Positions 35,885 through 45,006 of a stretch of 64,000 nucleotides of DNA are shown here, piece by piece (within the stretch, counting starts at the first letter, position 1; the number at the start of each line of letters is the position of its first letter). The notes beneath the pieces are model-generated. The model was not told the DNA's origin, did not search any database, and was given only the letters and a program-made list of their open reading frames with translations. This DNA is from Candidatus Saccharimonadales bacterium (GTDB lineage Bacteria; Patescibacteriota; Saccharimonadia; Saccharimonadales; UBA7683). Location of the stretch: positions 8,480-72,479 of the forward strand of contig JAXMAA010000001.1 in NCBI GenBank assembly GCA_046350615.1, given 5' to 3'. Position numbers and translations under genes: made by a program.

Positions 35885-36042
35885 TGGGTATACACCAGAT
35901 CGGCTAGACCCTTTCTTACTCGCTAAAGCTATGGCGGACAGGTCAACAGGCCCAACATGACACACTAACAGATTGGGAGTTCCGAGATTCAGTTATAGAT
36001 TAATTTTGATTATTCAATACAATATGCTATAATTAGTATATT

Positions 36043-36825
36043 ATGAGCACTGAACAAACAACATCCCCGCTATCTGGCGACGATCAAGTAATAGCAGAAA
36101 CCTGGACAAAGGTTTATGGTCATAGACAAAACCAAGGTCAAGCTACGGCTGATCAAATGTCAGTACCGGAAGCGTTCCAACCACGCAGACGAGCTCGAAT
36201 TGGCAGAGTGGCTGGCTTTATAAAAAACCTGAGATTGCCCCGCGCCAAAGCCAAACACGAGGCCAAACATATGCGAACAGCCCGCAATGCCGAGTTTCAA
36301 AGCCTGCTTAGATCTGATGCTATGTTCCTTGAAGAGCATACAGAATCTCAATCTTCTATTGAAACGACAACCCCAAAACCCAATCAATACTCTGGGCTTT
36401 TTCGCAAAACCACGCGAGTTGGCTTGGCCATGGGTGCCCTTACACTTCTCTCATTTGGTCTCAATAACCACGTGCAATACCGGCCCGATAGCACCACGCA
36501 AACATCGAGAGCGCACACTTCTCAATCCTTTGGAACCAATGACACAACAGCGGCAGCAAACCATGCTATCTCAGTCGAAACCGCCACACCTGCTATAGCC
36601 ATCGCCGAGCAAGGCAATGATCGGACCATCCTAAGTTTCACCATAAATCAAGACACCCCGACTATCTGGCAGGGTGTTGAACAACAGCTTGAGGCATCGA
36701 GCGGTACGCCAGCCTCACCTCAACAGATTGCCGAAAATGTTGATCGAATCGGACAATTTTACGATGCGGACCCGTCCGTAGTGTATGCCGGGGATAGGGT
36801 CATTTTTGAACCAACGGCAGCCTAA
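36043..36825 (+). CDS. Hypothetical membrane-anchored protein
   Basis: ORF with one central TM segment (VGLAMGALTLLSFGL). The C-terminus is weakly LysM-like. Confidence 0.4.
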   Translation: MSTEQTTSPLSGDDQVIAETWTKVYGHRQNQGQATADQMSVPEAFQPRRRARIGRVAGFIKNLRLPRAKAKHEAKHMRTARNAEFQSLLRSDAMFLEEHTESQSSIETTTPKPNQYSGLFRKTTRVGLAMGALTLLSFGLNNHVQYRPDSTTQTSRAHTSQSFGTNDTTAAANHAISVETATPAIAIAEQGNDRTILSFTINQDTPTIWQGVEQQLEASSGTPASPQQIAENVDRIGQFYDADPSVVYAGDRVIFEPTAA

Positions 36826-37250
36826 AGCGTAATCTTTTCCGCACGAGCCTTATTTGCCCACTGGTCAGCCATTTCGTTACCCGGGTCGCCAACGTGACCT
36901 CGAACCCAAGTAAGCTTGGCTTTCGAGCTTCGATATAACGGACAAACCTCTTGTACAATATCTAGGTTTTTAATGCCACCTTTTTTCTGCCAGCCGTTAG
37001 CCTCCCAGGTTAGCGACCATTTGGTAATCACGTTGATCCAGAATTCGCTATCTGTAAAAATCTCACACTCTTCGCCGTTCGCATGTTCCAAGGCAGCAAT
37101 CAACGCCCTTCCTTCCATGCGAATATTGGTAGAATCCCCATCAAATCCAAGCCGCACCGGCTCCATCTTCTCACCATCCACTAAAATAACCGAAAATCCC
37201 CCCGGCCCCGGGTTCGGACTACAACTCCCATCAGTATAATAAACTTTCAA
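36822..37250 (-). CDS. rnhA: Ribonuclease HI
   Basis: YTDGSCSPNPGPGG, EGRALIAALE, IFTDSEF, HVGDPGNEMADQWA (DEDD residues in the expected order). Confidence 0.9.
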   Translation of the reverse strand: MKVYYTDGSCSPNPGPGGFSVILVDGEKMEPVRLGFDGDSTNIRMEGRALIAALEHANGEECEIFTDSEFWINVITKWSLTWEANGWQKKGGIKNLDIVQEVCPLYRSSKAKLTWVRGHVGDPGNEMADQWANKARAEKITL

Positions 37251-37251
37251 A

Positions 37252-37638
37252 CTACCCTACTTTCTTGCTATGTTCTTCAAGCCAACTAGCAATTACTGGC
37301 ACATCCAGCTTATCAGTTGCAACTTTCACCGCAAAATTTTCGACTTCCCCTTCTTGAAAATCAATATGGTATCCGTTTTTCTCTACAAATGTCAACGCTG
37401 CCAATGTTCCGGTACGCTTATTGCCATCAACGAACGCATGATCAGCAATAATTGCTCGCATAAGTGCAGCCGCTTTTGCAAAGATCGTGCTGTATAGTTC
37501 TTCTCCAAAAACAACTTGCGTTTGCGTTGCTAGTGCAGATTCAAGCCTTCCAAGATCACGAATCCCATCAGAACCACCGGTTTCTTGAATAACAAGAACG
37601 TGTATTTCCAGCAGCCCCTCTAAATCTATGCAATTCAT
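37252..37638 (-). CDS. doc: Doc (death-on-curing) Fic-fold toxin
   Basis: The Fic/Doc motif HAFVDGNKRTG matches HxFx(D/N)GNKR. Confidence 0.9.
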   Translation of the reverse strand: MNCIDLEGLLEIHVLVIQETGGSDGIRDLGRLESALATQTQVVFGEELYSTIFAKAAALMRAIIADHAFVDGNKRTGTLAALTFVEKNGYHIDFQEGEVENFAVKVATDKLDVPVIASWLEEHSKKVG

Positions 37639-37862
37639 CGTTCGGAAAGGTTTTTAAAGTCCGTTTTATATCGCTCCAGAATTCCACGAGCAACATCCAT
37701 CGTATTGGAAGTATTTGAACCTCTTCCTTTTGTCTGCTTTGAGAGAACAACTACTTCAACCTCATCACCAATCGAGAGGTTCTGTTGCTTCAAGTCCTTC
37801 GCAGGAATGGTTACCCCAGCGCTCGAGCCAATTTTTATAATTTTTTGAATGCTTTGAATCAT
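37635..37862 (-). CDS. AbrB/MazE/SpoVT-type antitoxin for Doc
   Basis: IIKIGSSAGVTIPAKDLKQQNLSIGDEVEV swapped-hairpin motif. Overlaps doc by 4 nt. Confidence 0.8.
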   Translation of the reverse strand: MIQSIQKIIKIGSSAGVTIPAKDLKQQNLSIGDEVEVVVLSKQTKGRGSNTSNTMDVARGILERYKTDFKNLSER

Positions 37863-37904
37863 AGATTCATTATAACAATATTATAATAAAGATCAACACT
37901 TGAG

Positions 37905-38588
37905 TTATAAGTTTTCAAATCTCCCATCTTTATAAGGAGGTTCACAAATCTCTGCAAATACGAGACCGCTCTCACCCGCCTGCCACTGCATAACTTGACC
38001 TATCTCAACCTCAACTGATCGTGCATTATCAGGGGTAATATCATCAAAAACATATTCTTGCGCTACACCATCTTCGGAAACTACCGTAAGCACCCCTGCT
38101 CCTCTAATAAATTGCTCGACCGTTTTCGTACCGCCCAGCACCCGTTGATTAGGCGTTTTCGCATTTGCCGCTACTTCTACCACGGCCACGTCCTCAGATA
38201 TCGTATCGGCAAATGCATATTCATCACATTCAATATTTTCATAGGGATCATGTGATCTTATCAAACGCACTGATCTTCCTCCAAACAGTATGCTTTCCGA
38301 CTGAGGAATTCTAGTGCCACCATCAACCTCTTCCAGGTAGCGTTTTATCACGTCTTGGTCGCCAGCAGCTCTCTTGTGCGTAATAAGCTCTTGTCTCATC
38401 TGTAGCCTTATTTCTCTTGCTCGTTTTATTGCAGCATCATAAAACGGCATGATTGGATATAGCCGACCATAACCGGTTATCTTATCTGGATGATCATCTG
38501 GCATACTACGTTGTCTGCGACGTTCCAAAGCAGCGATCGATGCTACTTCAAGATGATCTTCAATTCTTTGTCTAAATTTCTCACTCAT
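37905..38588 (-). CDS. Hypothetical protein (C-terminus possibly cupin-like)
   Basis: ORF only. The C-terminal beta-rich segment VEIGQVMQWQAGESGLVFAEICEPPY gives a weak call. Confidence 0.35.
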   Translation of the reverse strand: MSEKFRQRIEDHLEVASIAALERRRQRSMPDDHPDKITGYGRLYPIMPFYDAAIKRAREIRLQMRQELITHKRAAGDQDVIKRYLEEVDGGTRIPQSESILFGGRSVRLIRSHDPYENIECDEYAFADTISEDVAVVEVAANAKTPNQRVLGGTKTVEQFIRGAGVLTVVSEDGVAQEYVFDDITPDNARSVEVEIGQVMQWQAGESGLVFAEICEPPYKDGRFENL

Positions 38589-38687
38589 AGCAACTCCTTA
38601 TCTGTTACTAAGTTACTATAATACTTTTTTCACAATATGTTAAAAAGTTGTCTGGACTTTCAGACATTTGTGTGCTAGGATAAACAC

Positions 38688-39467
38688 ATGCATGTTGATA
38701 ACTCACTGCAAAATAAAGTTGTCCGATATTTGAAACAACTGGGCTTAGAGCGTGAACAAGCGCTTGTGTATCTGTTTTTACTTCAAAACGGCCAAAATAC
38801 CGTTCTTGCAATTAGTAAAGGGCTTAAAACCGGCCGTACCAAGCTCTACCCTCTTCTGGAGGAGCTTGCAGAAAAGCAATTGGTTGTCATCCACGAACGT
38901 CATTATGGCACTAGCTATGAGGCGCAGAAGCCAGAAGTTATAGAATTTTTAGTGAGCGAACACGAACGCAAGGCAGAAGCGCTCCGAAGCTCGTTACCCG
39001 CTGCAGTCAACATTTTAGAGAATTTGCAGCAACAATCCCCTACCCACACCAAAATCGTAGAATATCGCGGCATAGATGGTCTCAAACAGATGAACTTCAA
39101 TCTGAGCAAAGCCACCAAAGAGTACCGTGTTTTTGAGCTAGCCGGGCTCGATAAGCACCTTGGTACACATTTTGCCCAGAAGATGCGCGAGCGCTATCAA
39201 GAGCGCAACCTAAAAAGCTTCGATATCACAAACAATCCAGACCGAGCCAAAGAACCAGGCGCCGAACTACCCGGCTCGCAAACGGCATATATATCACCTA
39301 GTGTATTCAAGATCGAATTTGAAACCTACATTTACGACAACGTGGTTGGCCTACTTAACTACGAGAGCAACGATATCTTTGGCGTAGAAATCTACAGCGA
39401 AAAACTCGCCCGCCAACAAACCCAGCTTTTCAACCTGCTGTGGAACCAAGCAAAGATATTAAACTAG
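38688..39467 (+). CDS. TrmB-family transcriptional regulator
   Basis: N-terminal LKQLGLEREQALVYLFLLQNGQNTVLAISKGLKTGRTKLYPLLEELAEKQLV winged helix. Confidence 0.75.
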   Translation: MHVDNSLQNKVVRYLKQLGLEREQALVYLFLLQNGQNTVLAISKGLKTGRTKLYPLLEELAEKQLVVIHERHYGTSYEAQKPEVIEFLVSEHERKAEALRSSLPAAVNILENLQQQSPTHTKIVEYRGIDGLKQMNFNLSKATKEYRVFELAGLDKHLGTHFAQKMRERYQERNLKSFDITNNPDRAKEPGAELPGSQTAYISPSVFKIEFETYIYDNVVGLLNYESNDIFGVEIYSEKLARQQTQLFNLLWNQAKILN

Positions 39468-39472
39468 TATTA

Positions 39473-39928
39473 TTACTCAGTAACGGTGAGCATGCCGACA
39501 TGGCGGTCGTCGATGTGGTCGTGGAAGCCATGGGTGCCAACGGTTTCGGCGGTGAAAGTGGCAGATTCGCCGGGCGCCAACACACGCATATTCATTTCCG
39601 TATTTAAACGATGTGTTGGATGGTCATCTGATGAAAATTGCACTTGTGTTGAAGAGTCATTTTTCACCGTTATTATCGCGCCCTTCTTAACAGTGAGATT
39701 ATTGGGCGAAAAGCCATTGTTGGTAAAAGTAATTGTGGCATTCTGGGCATCCGCCTCTTCTTCACTTGGCCCAGCTGAAGCTTCTTCAGGTTCAGTACCT
39801 TCACTCGTCTGAGTATCCGTCACCTCGCTAGCTGGCGCGTTCGCGTCCTGATTGAGTGCAAATACCGCTACCAAAATAGCTGCCAAGATTGCCGCTATGC
39901 CAATTCCGATTATGACTTTTTTGCTCAT
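39473..39928 (-). CDS. Membrane-anchored cupredoxin-fold protein (no type-1 Cu Cys visible)
   Basis: N-terminal TM, acidic linker, then ITFTNNGFSPNNLTVKKGAIITVKNDS...HGFHDH. Confidence 0.6.
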   Translation of the reverse strand: MSKKVIIGIGIAAILAAILVAVFALNQDANAPASEVTDTQTSEGTEPEEASAGPSEEEADAQNATITFTNNGFSPNNLTVKKGAIITVKNDSSTQVQFSSDDHPTHRLNTEMNMRVLAPGESATFTAETVGTHGFHDHIDDRHVGMLTVTE

Positions 39929-40578
39929 ACTTGTTCCTTCATGCCTCGCTTATCGTACCAGTAATTATACACGATCGCCGCAATCAAGCTCACACCGTAC
40001 ACATACCAAACAGCTTTATACCAGCTTACAGAAAGCTCGCGCCCCAAACTCAGACCATGATAAAAAATCATCGCCATCGCAACAACCTGCGCCCAATCGA
40101 CATACTTCCACCACGATTTCTTCTGAAATCTCCGCTTCAACTCAAACAACAAAAAGATGATCAGACCGATACTACCAAGCCCAATCGCAAACTTCATTGC
40201 ACCATAAACCTCCAGATAGCTCTGTGGCGGCAAGCCAAAACCATCTTTGTAGAGTTGAAAAATAAACAAGCCAGGGTGTAAAAGAATAAATGCCAAAACA
40301 AGATAGCTGCTTACCATAGAATACAGTTTATTCTCTTTCGCAGACACTCCAAGCACTCGCCTCAACGAGCCGAGCACATAATGTGTCCACATCAAACTAA
40401 ATGCCGCTAAACCAAGGAGCGGAAAGATATCGTAAGTAGCCAAAGAGCCGCCATTAAGTCGCTCCCCGGCCCATACAACAGTAGCTAGCACGAGAACAAA
40501 TAACCCCAGTCCCCACGAACAAACTCGAAGAATAGTTTTATTGTTCATATGTTTATTGTAACAGATCAGACGACTCAA
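39925..40578 (-). CDS. Polytopic membrane protein, ferric-reductase/cytochrome-b-like
   Basis: Six predicted TM segments with conserved-looking His residues (WTHYVLG, LHPGLF, FYHGLSLG). 4-nt overlaps with both neighbouring genes. Confidence 0.45.
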   Translation of the reverse strand: MSRLICYNKHMNNKTILRVCSWGLGLFVLVLATVVWAGERLNGGSLATYDIFPLLGLAAFSLMWTHYVLGSLRRVLGVSAKENKLYSMVSSYLVLAFILLHPGLFIFQLYKDGFGLPPQSYLEVYGAMKFAIGLGSIGLIIFLLFELKRRFQKKSWWKYVDWAQVVAMAMIFYHGLSLGRELSVSWYKAVWYVYGVSLIAAIVYNYWYDKRGMKEQV

Positions 40579-40976
40579 ACTAACCGCGCATGTTTGCTTT
40601 GACGTGAGAGTTTTTTATCAAAAGTCAGAAGCTGCACACCCTGTAGTTCTGCGTACGTTGCCAAGCAAGCATCGGCAAAAGAGATTGCCGGATGCTCAAC
40701 GTAAAACGGCAAGGCTTTTGCTAAGAGCTCTCGATTACAATTTACCTTGGGATGCTTCAAGATAATCTCCGCAATCTCTGAAACCTCTTTGCGCGAATAG
40801 CCGAGACGTGAGGAATGTAAAATCCACACCACCTCCGCCCACGCAAGATCTGCAATATGTACTTCTTTCACGCTCGGATCCTTAAGAACAGCAATCACCT
40901 GCTCTGCTTGATCTGGAATATCTTGCAGTATCCAACGCAACAATAAGTTTGTGTCAAATGCAACCGAACTGCTCAT
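40575..40976 (-). CDS. vapC: PIN-domain toxin VapC
   Basis: An N-terminal acidic residue (AFDTNLLLR), later D/E positions, and a TFD C-terminal motif; paired with an AbrB-type antitoxin. Confidence 0.8.
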   Translation of the reverse strand: MSSSVAFDTNLLLRWILQDIPDQAEQVIAVLKDPSVKEVHIADLAWAEVVWILHSSRLGYSRKEVSEIAEIILKHPKVNCNRELLAKALPFYVEHPAISFADACLATYAELQGVQLLTFDKKLSRQSKHARLV

Positions 40977-40979
40977 ATG

Positions 40980-41282
40980 CTACGCTCGATCTTTCCATGC
41001 TTGATCACGAAGCTGTTCAATCTCTTCAACCAAAAGTGGCGCAATACCTCGCTCTTTGCGATGTTTCTGCACCTTTTTTTGCAGTCGCTCAAACTCTACC
41101 CAATAGTCATCTTTCTCCAAAATTATCTGGCCCTTAACTTCTTTCACGCGCAGCCTATCAGATGTAGAAATACCAAGTTTTCTGCGAATAGTCACCGGCA
41201 CAGTTACCTGACCCTTGCTCGTAATTGTTGTGCTAAATGTTTTCATAGGTATTACTTTATCAAAAGTAATACCTAATGTCAA
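40980..41282 (-). CDS. vapB: AbrB/SpoVT-type antitoxin VapB
   Basis: TITSKGQVTVPVTIRRKLGI motif; 3 nt upstream of vapC. Confidence 0.8.
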   Translation of the reverse strand: MTLGITFDKVIPMKTFSTTITSKGQVTVPVTIRRKLGISTSDRLRVKEVKGQIILEKDDYWVEFERLQKKVQKHRKERGIAPLLVEEIEQLRDQAWKDRA

Positions 41283-41301
41283 GGTAATACCACTTGACTC
41301 T

Positions 41302-41404
41302 CAAAACTCACCGGTGTCATCCCGGACTTGATCCGGGATCTAGTATTTGAACTGGATTCCCGTCTTCACGGGAATGACGGACGTGAGGTTTTTAGATTCA
41401 GGTT
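41302..41404. repeat. 103-bp double-hairpin GTCAT module, copy B
   Basis: Identical at all 103 positions to 35603-35705, in the same orientation. Confidence 0.95.
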
Positions 41405-41437
41405 TTTTGTGGCCCAAGCCTCAAGATCTCTCCCAAC

Positions 41438-41555
41438 GTCATCCCCAACTCGATTGGGGATCCAGTTATGTACTAGACTCTCAGTATAGCTTCGTTACAC
41501 TCAGTACATAATTCGACCCTTCTTTTAGCTACCAAATTAGCAAGCTGAGAATGAC
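41438..41555. repeat. GTCAT-module unit (hairpin plus distal inverted terminus)
   Basis: GTCATCCCCAACTCGATTGGGGATCC at the left end and GCTGAGAATGAC at the right end. Confidence 0.5.
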
Positions 41556-41650
41556 AGATCTGAGGTTTCGAGGTTTGGGCCAAACGTCCATTCCCGAAAA
41601 CTTGCACTAAAGTATGGCTAGTCGGCCAACCTCCAGTGTAATATCGAGGG

Positions 41651-41887
41651 ATGGCATTTAATCACTACGCAAAAATCAAACGAATTTTAGAAGCCGAACC
41701 ACCTGGCTGGTATGTTAAAAGAATCAACAAGCCGACTACTGCAAAAAACTTTAAGGGCGAGCTTCGCCACTTTGACCATTATTACCGCATCTACCGAGCT
41801 GATGGCTCCCCCATCAAATACTGCAAGTTCCAACAGCTCGATAAATTTGCCCAGATATTACACTCAGAAACCCTTGAAGTACGCTAA
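41651..41887 (+). CDS. Hypothetical small protein
   Basis: ORF only, with a plausible globular composition. Confidence 0.4.
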   Translation: MAFNHYAKIKRILEAEPPGWYVKRINKPTTAKNFKGELRHFDHYYRIYRADGSPIKYCKFQQLDKFAQILHSETLEVR

Positions 41888-41919
41888 CAAATCATCGCTC
41901 ATTATCTACGGTAGGCATT

Positions 41920-42522
41920 TCAGAAGTCGATATCAGAAAGAATTTTAATAAGCGCTTCGGTATATACAGGATCTTTGATGCTATGCGGCGCAGATACAAC
42001 CTCAATAGGCTCAACATTAAAATCTTTAGCTGACTTTTTCACTCTCTCGACTAAGTATGGAACTTTACTCTTTTCAAGTTCTCCATAAGTAAAGATTATT
42101 TTGACTCCCGCACTTTTTGCCTGCCGAACAAGAACTTGAGCACTATATTGCCTTAGGTCGGCAAGACGTTTTTTGCCAAACCTCATACCACGGATATAGG
42201 CTGCTTCTGTTGCAATATCTTCTTGAAAATAAGGAGATAGTGATGCCAGCAAAACAAGATCTGGTCGTAACTCATTGGCAGTAATCAAGGCCACCATTGC
42301 GCCAAATGAATTGCCGACCACAATATTAGTATCACTCTTTTGTTCTTTATATAACTGTCTGAACTGTTGACAAAATTGAGAAACAGTTGTAAATCTCCAG
42401 CTAATATCTACTGGCACCACTCTATAGCCAAGCACCTCTAAACCATCGCGCAATGGCTTGAAGGCTACATCTGTCGCAGTCCGCTTGGTATTGTAACCAT
42501 TAATAAGAAAGAGTGTCGCCAT
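41920..42522 (-). CDS. Alpha/beta hydrolase
   Basis: Nucleophile elbow GNSFG with LFLINGYN at the N-terminus. The start is taken at MATLF (42522), which removes the overlap with glyQS. Confidence 0.7.
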   Translation of the reverse strand: MATLFLINGYNTKRTATDVAFKPLRDGLEVLGYRVVPVDISWRFTTVSQFCQQFRQLYKEQKSDTNIVVGNSFGAMVALITANELRPDLVLLASLSPYFQEDIATEAAYIRGMRFGKKRLADLRQYSAQVLVRQAKSAGVKIIFTYGELEKSKVPYLVERVKKSAKDFNVEPIEVVSAPHSIKDPVYTEALIKILSDIDF

Positions 42523-42541
42523 GCAGTTAAACCTCAGTTCA

Positions 42542-43885
42542 CTACAGCTCTTCAATCTTCACCCGTTTTTGTTCGGTCGTATCCCGATCACGAACGGTAA
42601 CAGTTCCGTCTTCAAGCGTATCAAAGTCGATTACTACACAGTATGGTGTACCGATTTCATCTTGACGGCGATAGCGTTTACCAATATTCCCGTTATCGTC
42701 CCAGGTAACGTTACCGTATTTTTTCTTCAGTGCAGCAAAGACCTCTCTCGCCTTCTCCACAAGCTCCGGCTTGTTCTTTAGCAGCGGCGAAACACAAAAT
42801 TGATACGGCGCAAGATGGGTTGGCAGCTTCAAGTACGCACGCGCCTCACTATTCACCTCATCCTCTTGGTACGCAGCACATAGCACCGCCATCAACGCTC
42901 GCTCAACACCGAATGAGGGCTCGATCACGTGAGGAACAAATTTTGTGTTCGAACCTTTTATAGTGTATTCCATGCTCTTGCCAGAATTATTCTGAATATT
43001 CATCAGGTCGAAATCTGTACGGTACGCCATACCCAAAAGCTCATCCCGACCATGCGGAAAGTCGAACTCAAAATCGATCGTACGCTTGCTATAATGCGCC
43101 CTATCCTCCTCTGGAACTTCAAGTTCATGCACACTCTCTTTTGGTAGACCCAACGCCGCAAACCACTCATGAATTTTTACACGCCACTGCTCAAAAAGCT
43201 CCTCCCACTGCTCTGGATCAACAAAGTATTCAATCTCCATTTGCTCAAATTCGCGCGAACGAAACACAAAATCACGCGGGCTAATTTCATTCCGAAACGC
43301 CTTACCTTGCTGGGCAATACCAAACGGCAAATCTGGATAAAAACTATCCACCACGTTCTTAAAGTTCGTGAAGATACCCTGCGCAGTTTCTGGCCGCAAA
43401 TAGCTCACCGAACTTTCATCACTCACCGGCCCAACATGGGTTGTGAACATCATATTGAAAGTTCTCGATTCCGAAAGCGGATTCTTATCAGGGCTCACAA
43501 TGTTGTTTTCTTTAATTGCCGTATCCATCTGCGCCATCGTCATGCCGGTCGGGTCAATACCATTATCTTTCAGAATATGATCAGTACGATACCGCTTCTT
43601 AGTTACAGTATCCTCACAAAGTGGATCAACGAATGTATCAACATGCCCGCTTGCCTGCCAAACCTTCTGGTTCATTAAAATTGCCGCATCGACACCGTAC
43701 ATATCCTCGCGGTCTTCCACAAAAATCTTCCACCAGAGATTCATAATGTTACGCTTGAGTATCACACCAAGCGGACCGTAATCCCACGTTCCAGAAAGCC
43801 CACCATACACCTCACTACCCTGATAAATAAACCCACGCCGCTTACAGAGGCTCGTGATTGTCTCTAAATTTAATTCGCTACTCAT
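42542..43885 (-). CDS. glyQS: Glycine--tRNA ligase (dimeric class II, GlyQS)
   Basis: RGFIYQGSEVYGGLSGTWDYGPLG, FRNEISPR (motif 2), GVERALMAV (motif 3), and a C-terminal anticodon-binding domain. Confidence 0.95.
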   Translation of the reverse strand: MSSELNLETITSLCKRRGFIYQGSEVYGGLSGTWDYGPLGVILKRNIMNLWWKIFVEDREDMYGVDAAILMNQKVWQASGHVDTFVDPLCEDTVTKKRYRTDHILKDNGIDPTGMTMAQMDTAIKENNIVSPDKNPLSESRTFNMMFTTHVGPVSDESSVSYLRPETAQGIFTNFKNVVDSFYPDLPFGIAQQGKAFRNEISPRDFVFRSREFEQMEIEYFVDPEQWEELFEQWRVKIHEWFAALGLPKESVHELEVPEEDRAHYSKRTIDFEFDFPHGRDELLGMAYRTDFDLMNIQNNSGKSMEYTIKGSNTKFVPHVIEPSFGVERALMAVLCAAYQEDEVNSEARAYLKLPTHLAPYQFCVSPLLKNKPELVEKAREVFAALKKKYGNVTWDDNGNIGKRYRRQDEIGTPYCVVIDFDTLEDGTVTVRDRDTTEQKRVKIEEL

Positions 43886-43937
43886 AATTAGTTACCCTTA
43901 TTTGTTAGGTTGTTTTAGAAAAATCAAAAATAGTGTT

Positions 43938-43966
43938 AAAGAAAAAGCGCTGCTAAGCAGCGCCGC
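43938..43966 (-). terminator. Rho-independent terminator after 44064-44627
   Basis: Stem GCGCTGC / GCAGCGC with loop TAA (43947-43963). On the minus strand it is followed by TTTTTCTTT. Confidence 0.65.
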
Positions 43967-44063
43967 CGAAACCACGACCAGCAAAGAAGGCAATACGCGC
44001 CTCAACAAAAAACAATGCTGATTTGGTAACAGTTATCATACTCAGCAAGATTATACCTTAGAT

Positions 44064-44627
44064 CTAAAGCACTGTCATCTCTTGCTTATTTACTTTTTCT
44101 ACCACTAAACCACAAACGGCAACTATCTTCCCAATCGCCTTTGAACCATCCGGTTCATCACTATCGGGTGGGAATTCCACGATACCATCGTTCATATGCC
44201 CAAGTAATGTAAAGGATCCATCTGCTACGGCAAGAACCTCAAAAGCACTATAACGACGCGTTGTATCACCATCAAGAGGCTGCAACGGACCGTAATCATA
44301 CGCATCGTAAGGTGCACTCATTTGAACACCACTATCAGCAGGTGCGAATATAAACCGAAGTGCATTATCGGAACGATTGACGATCAGTTTTGCCGGTACG
44401 TTACATACTTCAGCCGAGTCTCTATCAACATTAAGTCGAAGTGCACCAGTTTCGGTATCAAGTGGCAGCGTTATTGTAAATCCAGCCTCTTGTTCACCAT
44501 CAGCTAGCGCTGTATCAACGTACTTTCTAGCAATCAAATATTGCAACCTCCTTAGAAGAGCAGGATCAACATTACTTGTCTGCTCTGACGCACTCTGATT
44601 GCTATGCCGCTCATTTTCCTTAGCCAC
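44064..44627 (-). CDS. Hypothetical protein
   Basis: ORF only. Confidence 0.4.
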   Translation of the reverse strand: MAKENERHSNQSASEQTSNVDPALLRRLQYLIARKYVDTALADGEQEAGFTITLPLDTETGALRLNVDRDSAEVCNVPAKLIVNRSDNALRFIFAPADSGVQMSAPYDAYDYGPLQPLDGDTTRRYSAFEVLAVADGSFTLLGHMNDGIVEFPPDSDEPDGSKAIGKIVAVCGLVVEKVNKQEMTVL

Positions 44628-44659
44628 GTGATCAACTCACTCTCTTCGATCTAAACAGA

Positions 44660-44920
44660 TTATGGGAGCTCACTGCAACGAACATCATGCTCCTTTTGTT
44701 GCCCTACACTATCAGCAGGTTGGATCTCGGGCACTTTACCAGTATGATGAATCTTGCGTGATAATTCAGGGTCTAATACCAAAGGTAATCCCGAGTTTGC
44801 TGTGGTATCAGCAAACTCCACCAGTGCACCCGCAACCGCCGTGGCAGCCAAAGCCTGTGCTTCTCGCAAATCATGTAATTCTTTATCGGCACCGTCATTT
44901 GCTTTTTCTACTGTTGGCAT
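44660..44920 (-). CDS. Hypothetical small protein
   Basis: ORF only; lies upstream of, and in the same orientation as, 44064-44627. Confidence 0.35.
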   Translation of the reverse strand: MPTVEKANDGADKELHDLREAQALAATAVAGALVEFADTTANSGLPLVLDPELSRKIHHTGKVPEIQPADSVGQQKEHDVRCSELP

Positions 44921-45006
44921 TTTTGTTCCTTGTTTATTTCATCTTACGACGATATTTTTATTATAGCAAACATAAGCGTAAATGTCAATACTTTATGCCC
45001 TTTTCG

